IMG/VR virus record: IMGVR_UViG_2663763227_000011
DNA length: 12,597 nucleotides
Source of the DNA: a virus
Lineage: Duplodnaviria > Heunggongvirae > Uroviricota > Caudoviricetes
Direction: 5' to 3' (one strand)
Made by a program: the position numbers and the translations under genes. Below are positions 1 to 6,532 of this stretch, piece after piece (positions within the stretch are counted from its first letter, which is position 1; each line of letters opens with the position of its first letter). Below the pieces are notes generated by a model. It worked only from the letters and a program-made list of their open reading frames with translations, was not told the origin of the DNA and did no database searches.

Positions 1-1461
1 ATGAAAAAATTACTGCGTCTTTTTTTCCCGCTCTCGCTGCGGGTACGTTTTCTGTTAGCAACGGCAGCAGTAGTATTGGTGCTTTCGCTTGCCTACGGAA
101 TGGTTGCGCTGATCGGTTATAGCGTCAGTTTCGATAAAACCACGTTTCGGCTGTTACGTGGCGAGAGCAATCTGTTCTATACCCTTGCGAAGTGGGAAAA
201 CAATAAGTTGCATGTCGAGTTACCCGAAAATATCGACAAGCAAAGCCCCACCATGACGCTAATTTATGATGAGAACGGGCAGCTTTTATGGGCGCAACGT
301 GACGTGCCCTGGCTGATGAAGATGATCCAGCCTGACTGGCTGAAATCGAATGGTTTTCATGAAATTGAAGCGGATGTTAACGATACCAGCCTCTTGCTGA
401 GTGGAGATCATTCGATACAGCAACAGTTGCAGGAAGTGCGGGAAGATGATGACGACGCGGAGATGACCCACTCGGTAGCGGTAAACGTCTACCCGGCAAC
501 ATCGCGGATGCCAAAGTTAACCATTGTGGTGGTGGATACCATTCCGGTGGAGCTAAAAAGTTCCTATATGGTCTGGAGCTGGTTTATCTATGTGCTCTCA
601 GCCAATCTGCTGTTAGTGATCCCGCTGCTGTGGGTCGCCGCCTGGTGGAGTTTACGCCCCATCGAAGCCCTGGCAAAAGAAGTCCGCGAACTGGAAGAAC
701 ATAACCGCGAATTGCTCAATCCAGCCACAACGCGAGAACTGACCAGTCTGGTACGAAACCTGAACCGATTGTTAAAAAGTGAACGCGAACGTTACGACAA
801 ATATCGTACAACGCTCACCGACCTGACCCATAGTCTGAAAACGCCACTGGCGGTGCTGCAAAGTACGCTGCGTTCTCTGCGTAGTGAGAAGATGAGCGTC
901 AGTGATGCTGAGCCGGTAATGCTGGAGCAAATCAGCCGCATTTCACAGCAAATTGGCTACTACCTGCATCGTGCCAGTATGCGCGGCGGGACATTGCTTA
1001 GCCGCGAGCTGCATCCGGTCGCCCCACTGTTGGACAATCTCACCTCGGCGCTGAACAAAGTGTATCAACGCAAAGGGGTCAATATCTCTCTCGATATTTC
1101 GCCAGAGATCAGCTTTGTTGGTGAGCAGAACGATTTTGTCGAGGTGATGGGCAATGTGCTGGATAATGCCTGTAAATATTGCCTCGAGTTTGTCGAAATT
1201 TCTGCAAGGCAAACCGACGAGCATCTCTATATTGTGGTCGAGGATGATGGCCCCGGTATTCCATTAAGCAAGCGAGAGGTCATTTTCGACCGTGGTCAAC
1301 GGGTTGATACTTTACGCCCTGGGCAAGGTGTAGGGCTGGCGGTAGCCCGCGAAATCACCGAGCAATATGAGGGTAAAATCGTCGCCGGAGAGAGCATGCT
1401 GGGCGGTGCGCGGATGGAGGTGATTTTTGGTCGCCAGCATTCTGCGCCGAAAGATGAATAA
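1..1461 (+). CDS. phoQ: Sensor histidine kinase PhoQ (PhoP/PhoQ two-component system), full length 486 aa
   Basis: Translation matches remembered E. coli PhoQ essentially end to end: N-terminal TM helix, acidic periplasmic patch EDDDDAEM, second TM, HAMP, His-phosphotransfer box ([11 protein letters not shown]) and ATPase G-boxes (DDGPGI, GQGVGL). ATG start at 1, TAA stop at 1459-1461. Confidence 0.97.
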   Translation: MKKLLRLFFPLSLRVRFLLATAAVVLVLSLAYGMVALIGYSVSFDKTTFRLLRGESNLFYTLAKWENNKLHVELPENIDKQSPTMTLIYDENGQLLWAQRDVPWLMKMIQPDWLKSNGFHEIEADVNDTSLLLSGDHSIQQQLQEVREDDDDAEMTHSVAVNVYPATSRMPKLTIVVVDTIPVELKSSYMVWSWFIYVLSANLLLVIPLLWVAAWWSLRPIEALAKEVRELEEHNRELLNPATTRELTSLVRNLNRLLKSERERYDKYRTTLTDLTHSLKTPLAVLQSTLRSLRSEKMSVSDAEPVMLEQISRISQQIGYYLHRASMRGGTLLSRELHPVAPLLDNLTSALNKVYQRKGVNISLDISPEISFVGEQNDFVEVMGNVLDNACKYCLEFVEISARQTDEHLYIVVEDDGPGIPLSKREVIFDRGQRVDTLRPGQGVGLAVAREITEQYEGKIVAGESMLGGARMEVIFGRQHSAPKDE

Positions 1462-1937
1462 ATATGTCCTTTTATCACTACATCAAGGCAAGCCATTGAT
1501 TTAATTAAATGATTTGCACTGCAAAAAGTGCTAAAAATCGCAAATTGACTACACCATTAACTACACCGATCGTTGCACTGTATGAAACAACGTGGAACAA
1601 ATAGACACAAGAAATATACAGGCGGGTCATCTTTCCAGGGGGAAGCGCGCTAATTCATGAGGGGCGTTAATGTTGATATGGGGATCCCCATAACGGGGCT
1701 ACCGGATTTTTTTTCCGGTTAACTGTTAATCAGGCTGGTGGGCTTTACCTGTTTTGTAGGAGTGGTCATTATGACCATTCAGACAATGACCTTAATCAGA
1801 ACTTTTCGCTAAAAAATGACGTTGGCCACGTCGTCCGGAAAGCACAAAATCCCGTCAATTTTTAATTAACGGTTAAACCGTCTTTTGTCACGGCGTGTCA
1901 CTGGTTGTAACTCTCCGTCACGGTATGTCGCTACTCG

Positions 1938-2219
1938 TTAACGCCGTAACCGCTCCGGCTTCTTCCAGTGGTACGTAATTTTCTCCGTTTCCCGATACAG
2001 TGCCACGCGGCGATTGTAGGCCAGCATTTCAAGAACGCGGATCCGTATGTTGCGCATATCCACATCATTAAGCTGGATACCATCACGGCGCATCACCTCA
2101 GCAACCACACGCGCGTAATTTTCGGCGGTCACGCTGTCCGGCTGCGTGGCCTGTTCGTCATGCTGCTGGCTGATTCCGGTAACGCGGCGGATTAATCCCA
2201 GTAGTTCGGCTTCTGTCAT
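1938..2219 (-). CDS. Hypothetical protein, 93 aa, last island gene before the phoQ-proximal end
   Basis: The ORF track gives 1938..2417 with a GTG start that reads through the cos site. The internal ATG at 2219..2217 (MTEAELLGLIRR...) has a GGGGG Shine-Dalgarno 5-6 nt upstream and avoids translating cos DNA. Protein-like composition; no family recognised. Confidence 0.45.
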   Translation of the reverse strand: MTEAELLGLIRRVTGISQQHDEQATQPDSVTAENYARVVAEVMRRDGIQLNDVDMRNIRIRVLEMLAYNRRVALYRETEKITYHWKKPERLRR

Positions 2220-2252
2220 TGTGCCCCCATCGCTCTGATAGTCTGGTGTCGT

Positions 2253-2431
2253 CGGGTCCTTCCTGGAATTATGGCCCGTTACGGGGCGGCGACCTCGCGC
2301 GTTTTCACTATTTATGAAAATTTTTCGGGATCCATGTCCGGTTTCTCTGCAAGTTAACCATATGAAAAATATAAAAACATGCTTTCCATGAACCGGACAT
2401 GCGCAAAAAACAGACACTAAAACCGGACATC
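2253..2431 (+). other. Lambda-type cos site, copy A: cosQ-like flank, cosN, lambda-like I2 stretch, then three island-specific AACCGGACAT repeats (candidate cosB R sites)
   Basis: 2278-2329 reads cgttACGGGGCGGCGACCTCGCGcGTTTTCaCTATTTATGAAAATTTTtCGG, near-identical to the lambda cos region as I recall it, with the 12-nt cohesive-end sequence GGGCGGCGACCT at 2284-2295. Downstream repeats: ATGTCCGGTT (inverted, 2334-2343), AACCGGACATG (2391-2401), AACCGGACATC (2421-2431). Confidence 0.65.
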
Positions 2432-2498
2432 GAACCAGTTAACCGAAAGTGTGCACAAATCACATGCATTGCTGCGAGTGATTAACAAGTTATCGGCT

Positions 2499-2933
2499 TT
2501 ACTGTTCTGTATCGGCTGATTGCTCCATGCTGGCACGGCGAACGCTTACGGCATGACGCCACCCAGCCAGAAAGCCAGCCATTTTATTTCGTGCCTTGCT
2601 CACATCTTCCGGTGAATAGCCGTAAATCTGCAAACCTTCATCAAATCGATGTTCTGTTTCTTCACTGGAGTACTCGTCACGCTCAGATGAAAGCAGCCTG
2701 GCAAACATAATTTTTTCCAGCGCACTGGTTTCTACGTGATATCTGATGGCCTCAAGACGGCTTTTACCTGAAGACCAAAGCAATGTATGCCCGATGTGAT
2801 AACCGCCAGACTTTCCGCGATCCGCATTAAGATACGGCATCCCCTGTTTGGTCCATGCGCGAATAGTGGTTCTGTTAACCTTGAAATGTTCAGCTATTTC
2901 CTGCTGACTTACAAAACAAGCTTTATCAATCAT
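2499..2933 (-). CDS. Terminase small subunit Nu1-like DNA-binding protein, 144 aa (Rpp-like redirecting-packaging protein candidate)
   Basis: N-terminus SQQEIAEHFKVNRTTIRAWTKQGMPYL aligns with the lambda gpNu1 winged-HTH N-terminus (KKQLADIFGASIRTIQNWQEQGMPVL, from memory). It is much shorter than Nu1 (181 aa) and no large terminase gene is adjacent. ATG at 2933, AAGGT Shine-Dalgarno 6 nt upstream, TAA stop at 2499-2501. Confidence 0.75.
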   Translation of the reverse strand: MIDKACFVSQQEIAEHFKVNRTTIRAWTKQGMPYLNADRGKSGGYHIGHTLLWSSGKSRLEAIRYHVETSALEKIMFARLLSSERDEYSSEETEHRFDEGLQIYGYSPEDVSKARNKMAGFLAGWRHAVSVRRASMEQSADTEQ

Positions 2934-3002
2934 AATGTTACCTTAACTGCATGGTTAAATATTAATCAAGTGGTGGTGGTGTCACCTTCACGGAAAAACG
3001 TC

Positions 3003-3066
3003 ATAAATAGCGAAAACCCGCGAGGTCGCCGCCCCGTAACGGGTCCATATGCCGGAAAGGACCCGT
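3003..3066 (-). other. Second cosQ/cosN copy (copy B), inverted relative to copy A, lacking the AACCGGACAT repeats
   Basis: Reverse complement of 3003-3066 is ~90% identical to 2253-2318, including GGGCGGCGACCT (3023-3034 on the - strand) and CGCGGGTTTTCGCTATTTATGA. The sequence then diverges into the leader of the Nu1-like gene (CGTTTTTCCGT...). Confidence 0.55.
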
Positions 3067-3089
3067 AAAAAAAGCCGGATTTCTCCGGC
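3067..3089 (-). terminator. Rho-independent terminator closing the capsid operon
   Basis: On the - strand: hairpin GCCGGA-GAAA-TCCGGC (3074-3089) followed by a 7-U run (3067-3073), 7 nt after the TGA stop of the 137-aa gene. Confidence 0.65.
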
Positions 3090-3095
3090 CTTATG

Positions 3096-3509
3096 TCAGA
3101 TGGTTTTCAGTATGCGATCGACGTCGCCTTCATCGCCCTGGTTTCTGCCGTCGTATGCCATGCCGGGTGATACGGCTTTCGGGCTGTGCATGTCCATAAA
3201 GTTTTCAAAGGCTGCGGTAAGCTCCGGCGCAACCTTTGGGCGCTCCTGCTCTATGGTCATGTTCAGGATTTCACGAGCATTATCGACGCTAATACATGGC
3301 ACGTTTGCCATTGCACGTAACAGCGGCTGATAGTCGTTATGTTCATGAAGCGCCATAATCGCATCAGCGCGCGGCTTGTCCTGCTCTTCCAGTTTGTTGA
3401 GTTGATATACGGCCTCGTAGGTTGATAAACCTCTGTCAGCCATTGCCCGCGCTTCGGCTTTAAATTTACTCGCCAGCGGTAGCGTCATGACGCTTTCATT
3501 CGTTGCCAT
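3096..3509 (-). CDS. Hypothetical protein, 137 aa, last gene of the capsid operon
   Basis: ATG at 3509 with AGGGGGA Shine-Dalgarno 4 nt upstream, immediately after the decoration-gene stop (translationally coupled). No recognisable family. Confidence 0.55.
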   Translation of the reverse strand: MATNESVMTLPLASKFKAEARAMADRGLSTYEAVYQLNKLEEQDKPRADAIMALHEHNDYQPLLRAMANVPCISVDNAREILNMTIEQERPKVAPELTAAFENFMDMHSPKAVSPGMAYDGRNQGDEGDVDRILKTI

Positions 3510-3521
3510 CGTTCCCCCTGC

Positions 3522-3857
3522 TTATCGGGCCAGCGGCTGAACGGATACGCCAGAACCCGCAAAGGCGGCGCATTTTTTCGCATCGGTGTCGACGCTCTCA
3601 GGCCAGTTAACGGCGGCAATATTGAAAATCCCCGTCTTGTAACACTGTGCTGATTTCTGCTTTGACGTGTCCACAGGGTACGAGGTCAGATAAACAGCCT
3701 TGCCAGATTCCTGACCATCCCACGGCTTAAACTCGCCATTGTCTGCCAGCATCAGCGGGGTAAATTCCTGAATAACGCCAGCATCAGCGGCAAAATGTAC
3801 CAGCGTCGTGGCGACCTGCTGACTGCCTGCAAATAACTCAATGTATGGAGTGTCCAT
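3522..3857 (-). CDS. Head decoration protein, lambda gpD-like, 111 aa
   Basis: TPLMLADNGEFKPWDG and YKTGIFNIAAVNWPESVDTDAKKCAAFAGS parallel remembered lambda gpD segments ([47 protein letters not shown]). GGGGGGA Shine-Dalgarno upstream of ATG 3857. Confidence 0.8.
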   Translation of the reverse strand: MDTPYIELFAGSQQVATTLVHFAADAGVIQEFTPLMLADNGEFKPWDGQESGKAVYLTSYPVDTSKQKSAQCYKTGIFNIAAVNWPESVDTDAKKCAAFAGSGVSVQPLAR

Positions 3858-3869
3858 AGAATCCCCCCG

Positions 3870-4925
3870 TTAACCAATTTTGACGGTAACAAATTTGCGA
3901 ATATCTGCCGGTACCGGCTGCGGTGCACTGTGTGTCTGCACGTACTCAATCGCCGGATCGCCGTCCTCAATCCAGTTTTTCGGGTAAAACATGTTTTGTG
4001 TTGCGCCCGTTCTTACCGCTTCCTGATCCATTATCGCACCATAGGCCACCAGCCCTTTATTGTTGGTGTTACCTAGGACCAGCAAATCAGGCTCAAGGAA
4101 ATATTTTTCGGTACCATCGCTGTCAGTGTATTTGCCGGAATAGACGATAAGGGCCAGATCACCAAGATAGCCTTTAAAGCTCACCACTTCGCCCAGGTTT
4201 TTACAGGCCAGTTCGGCGGCGGATTCTGAACCACGGGAAAGATCGTACAGCTCACGGAATTTTTTAAAGCTGCGTAACGTTCGCCATACCTCAGCGCCCA
4301 TAATCATGACGTTTGCGGGGCAACCAGCCTGATCGGCGTATAGTTCGATATCATAGATTGGATCGTGGGTTTCTTTGTCCTGCTCTGACCATTTTTTCCC
4401 GTCGGCCTGCTCTATGATGTTTTTTTCCGGTATCTTCCAGTCGATTTCATAGCGCTCTATGCCTTCGCCCTCAATGATGTTTTTTCCGGTCGTTACCGCA
4501 TTTACCGCCAGCCATTCCACGCGCGCTTTTATGGCGTTTATCTGGCGGCGCATATTGCCAGTAATCAGGCGCATACGGCGATAGGTAGGGTCGTTAAGCT
4601 GTGCCGGATCTTCTCCAGCCATGCGCATGATGGTTTTCGTTGGATCGATTTCGTGCTTTGGCTTCATGTAGCCAGGTTTAATCGTGCTGGTTTCGTACCC
4701 TTTATCGCGCTGAACCTGGCTACCCACCATAGGCGAACAAAACGCCGACATGGTGACTTCTTCAATGTCCAGGGTATCCAGCATGATGTTTTGCGTGCTG
4801 AATGTCGCCACGTTCGGGAAAAACAGCGTAGTAAACAGAGGGCTGAATTTAAAATCCGCAATATCCCCGCGATTCAGGTACATGAAAAGCTGGTTAGTGT
4901 TAAGTGCCGTTGCTTTGCCTGCCAT
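3870..4925 (-). CDS. Major capsid protein, lambda gpE family, 351 aa
   Basis: Several blocks match remembered lambda gpE: KFSPLFTTLFF, PGYMKPKHEIDP, DPTYRRMRLITGNMRR, FKGYLGDLALIVYSGKY...LVLGNTNNKGLVAYGAIMD, YPKNWIEDGDPAIEY. The ATG overlaps the stop of the upstream 68-aa ORF (TAATG). Confidence 0.85.
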   Translation of the reverse strand: MAGKATALNTNQLFMYLNRGDIADFKFSPLFTTLFFPNVATFSTQNIMLDTLDIEEVTMSAFCSPMVGSQVQRDKGYETSTIKPGYMKPKHEIDPTKTIMRMAGEDPAQLNDPTYRRMRLITGNMRRQINAIKARVEWLAVNAVTTGKNIIEGEGIERYEIDWKIPEKNIIEQADGKKWSEQDKETHDPIYDIELYADQAGCPANVMIMGAEVWRTLRSFKKFRELYDLSRGSESAAELACKNLGEVVSFKGYLGDLALIVYSGKYTDSDGTEKYFLEPDLLVLGNTNNKGLVAYGAIMDQEAVRTGATQNMFYPKNWIEDGDPAIEYVQTHSAPQPVPADIRKFVTVKIG

Positions 4926-5131
4926 TATTCACCCCCATAATTTTTATGCATCCCAAGCGCCGCAAGTAAATAAGAGCGTACAAGTGAACCTATCGACGGC
5001 TCCGGCGTCATCAGCGGATCCAGTCCAGCCGCCACGCCAGCCTCATAGTTTTTTTTGTGGCGCTGCTTGAGCACCTCCACGATTTCGGGGCTTATGTACA
5101 CCGAAACACCGCCTTTTTTCTCTTCAGCCAT
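4925..5131 (-). CDS. Hypothetical small protein, 68 aa, first gene of the capsid operon; N-terminus resembles a ribbon-helix-helix fold
   Basis: ATG at 5131 with GAGGAA Shine-Dalgarno. N-terminus KGGVSVYISPEIVEVLKQ has the beta-strand then helix pattern of RHH regulators (tentative). Stop overlaps the capsid start. Confidence 0.5.
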   Translation of the reverse strand: MAEEKKGGVSVYISPEIVEVLKQRHKKNYEAGVAAGLDPLMTPEPSIGSLVRSYLLAALGMHKNYGGE

Positions 5132-5166
5132 AGTAAGAAATTCCTCTTCGACTTAAAAAATCATAA

Positions 5167-5215
5167 CTGGATGTTCATCCAGCTCTGATTATAATCAGGA
5201 TTGCGTTTTGTGCAA
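5167..5215 (-). promoter_or_regulatory. Near-consensus sigma70 promoter for the capsid operon with two adjacent CTG...CAG palindromes
   Basis: On the - strand: -35 TTGCAC (5215-5210), 16-nt spacer, -10 TATAAT (5193-5188). The -10 lies inside the perfect 14-bp palindrome CTGATTATAATCAG (5185-5198); the perfect 16-bp palindrome CTGGATGttCATCCAG (5167-5182) covers roughly +1 to +16. Confidence 0.5.
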
Positions 5216-5296
5216 TGATATTGAGTTGTGTTGCAAATTATGAAATGATGATCCCGCTCATGTGTGTCAGTGCACCAAAAAGCCTCATATGCAAAA

Positions 5297-5333
5297 GCCC
5301 GATAAGCCACCTCTGACCTTATCGGGCTTTTTT
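5297..5333. terminator. Strong hairpin terminator between the replication and capsid operons, probably bidirectional
   Basis: Perfect 10-bp stem GCCCGATAAG / CTTATCGGGC with an 11-nt loop, followed by T6 on the + strand and preceded by A4 (U4 on the - strand). Confidence 0.5.
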
Positions 5334-5507
5334 ATCTGCCTGCAAAGATGTCGAACGAAAATTAACCACAACCATCATCTTTTTTGCATCAAAACAATTA
5401 AAAACAATAAATTACGCTCATGATGATGATGACGATAAAATCACAAAAATGCGCTTTTTTCCGCGCTTCCCGCCCCGTGTTCAGGCCCACCCCGCCAGGA
5501 GGACCCG

Positions 5508-5530
5508 TAAAAAAGCCGGATTGCTCCGGC
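5508..5530 (-). terminator. Rho-independent terminator after SSB
   Basis: On the - strand: hairpin GCCGGA-GCAA-TCCGGC (5515-5530) followed by a U-rich run (5508-5514), 17 nt after the SSB stop. Almost identical in sequence to the terminator at 3067-3089. Confidence 0.65.
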
Positions 5531-5546
5531 TTCTGTCTCTCGTCGC

Positions 5547-5969
5547 TTAAAACGGTATGTTATCCCCGTACGGATCATCATTCCCCGCCTGTTGTTTTGC
5601 CCTGTTCAGCGCGTCAGTAGCCTGGCCCTGTTGACCTTTTTTGCCGCCCAGTCGCGCCGTTCGCGCACTGATTACACTGTCTGCGATAACCTGCCAGCCC
5701 TGCCGCGTTTCTCCGTTCTGCCCAGTCCACTGGCTGATCTGCATGTTACCCGCCACGCTCAGGAGTTCACCCTTGCGGTGCCTTTCCAGTGCTTCGGCCT
5801 GTCTGCCAAATGCCAGGACGGATAACCACATCGTCGCCGTTCCGTCATCTGCCTGGCTGCACGGAAGGGGGACCGCCATACGCGCCAGCGTCATCGGTGT
5901 GCCCTTGCTGGTCTGTTTTACCTGCGGGTCGTCCACCAGCCGCCCGTAAGCTGCTATCTGTGCTGTCAT
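5547..5969 (-). CDS. ssb: Single-stranded DNA-binding protein (SSB), 140 aa
   Basis: OB-fold SSB pattern (GRLVDDP...WLSVLAFGRQAE...KGELLSVAG...WTGQNGETRQ) followed by a Gly/Gln-rich linker and a C-terminal acidic ...DDPYGDNIPF tail resembling the E. coli SSB DDDIPF tip. GGAGAGG Shine-Dalgarno; ATG overlaps the upstream TGA (ATGA). Confidence 0.85.
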   Translation of the reverse strand: MTAQIAAYGRLVDDPQVKQTSKGTPMTLARMAVPLPCSQADDGTATMWLSVLAFGRQAEALERHRKGELLSVAGNMQISQWTGQNGETRQGWQVIADSVISARTARLGGKKGQQGQATDALNRAKQQAGNDDPYGDNIPF

Positions 5970-6244
5970 GATTCCACCTCTCCGGTTTTAACGTTGATGG
6001 TTGTTACCTGTTCCGCTTCGGCAATCTCCCGCTCTGTCAGCGTGGCAAAATTTGCCGCCGTCGTGGTCATGAATGCGCTTATCAGTTCGGGATGTGCTTT
6101 CGCGTATCCTTCCCCCGCGTGGCGGTCTATCGTTCTGATTGCCACCTTTAAAGCGTGCTCTGTCATGTCTAACGCGCGATATTTCGGTTCTGTTCTGTCT
6201 CTGCGTTTTTTGAGTGATTTATTAAATTTCCCTGAAGTGTGCAT
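5966..6244 (-). CDS. Hypothetical protein, 92 aa, between the origin and ssb
   Basis: ATG at 6244 with GAGGGGG about 11 nt upstream; translationally coupled to ssb. No family recognised. Confidence 0.5.
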   Translation of the reverse strand: MHTSGKFNKSLKKRRDRTEPKYRALDMTEHALKVAIRTIDRHAGEGYAKAHPELISAFMTTTAANFATLTEREIAEAEQVTTINVKTGEVES

Positions 6245-6292
6245 ATTTATTTTTACCCCCTCGTTTAAAAAGTTTTGAGTTGTGCCTCCCCT

Positions 6293-6519
6293 TGTCTACC
6301 TTATCTACCTTAGTGGCCCTCATGCCAGTAATGGCGCGGCTTTCAGCGGGGTAGAGTGCTTTTATCCACTATCTACCCCGTGTCTACCTCCCTGTCTGAT
6401 TCAGGTAAAATCAGGTAGAGAGGGTAGATAGTGGGTAGACAGTAAAAAAAGGCTATCTACCTAACTTAATGCACTGAATTAAATGTATTTTTCTTTACTC
6501 AGGTAGACAGGGTAGACAG
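6293..6519. repeat. Iteron-type replication origin: about 11 copies of GGTAGA(C/G)AG / CTnTCTACC in both orientations flanking an AT-rich segment
   Basis: TCTACC at 6295, 6304, 6372, 6383, 6456; GGTAGA at 6350, 6414, 6423, 6434, 6502, 6511; AT-rich stretch 6462-6500. Lies directly 3' of the primase/helicase gene, as in PICI and plasmid origins. Confidence 0.7.
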
Positions 6520-6532
6520 CAATTACAAAAAA

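Noticed and set aside
286-1496. - strand ORFs inside phoQ (286..471, 943..1224, 1296..1496)
   Set aside because: They are antisense to a confidently identified, full-length phoQ and have junk-like composition; typical shadow ORFs.
1462-1937. tRNA or other structured RNA gene serving as the integration target
   Set aside because: No cloverleaf-compatible sequence or T-loop-like GGTTCGAAT motif was found. The hairpin ACCGGA-T7-TCCGGT (1701-1719) has no flanking U-run and is not a tRNA arm.
1938-2417. 159-aa ORF with a GTG start extending across the cos site
   Set aside because: The N-terminal extension (MSVFCACPVHGKHVFIFFIW...) is a junk-like translation of cos DNA. The internal ATG at 2219 has a proper Shine-Dalgarno, so the gene is annotated as 1938..2219.
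2787-3330. + strand ORFs 2787..3068 and 3049..3330 (93 aa each)
   Set aside because: They run antisense to the Nu1-like gene and the 137-aa gene and through cos copy B and the terminator. The shared peptide INSENxRGRRPVTG with ORF 1938..2417 is simply the repeated cos DNA translated, not a protein motif.
3870-4150. ORFs 3752..3970 (-) and 3923..4150 (+) overlapping the decoration/capsid junction
   Set aside because: They are out-of-frame overlaps with confidently called structural genes, with Arg/Cys/Pro-rich junk composition.
5167-5182. Canonical LexA (SOS) box
   Set aside because: The CTG-N10-CAG spacing fits, but the sequence is CTGG...CCAG rather than CTGT...ACAG, so the most conserved positions are wrong. 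Kept only as a generic palindromic operator.
5420-5971. + strand ORFs 5420..5620 (MMMMTIK...), 5592..5825, 5641..5949 and 5789..5971
   Set aside because: They are Pro/Cys/Ser/Arg-rich translations antisense to ssb and across the terminators; no start signals.
6293-6519. Possible CRISPR array suggested by the many short repeats
   Set aside because: The repeats are 6-9 bp, occur in both orientations with irregular spacing, and there are no unique spacers of uniform length. This is an iteron origin, not CRISPR.
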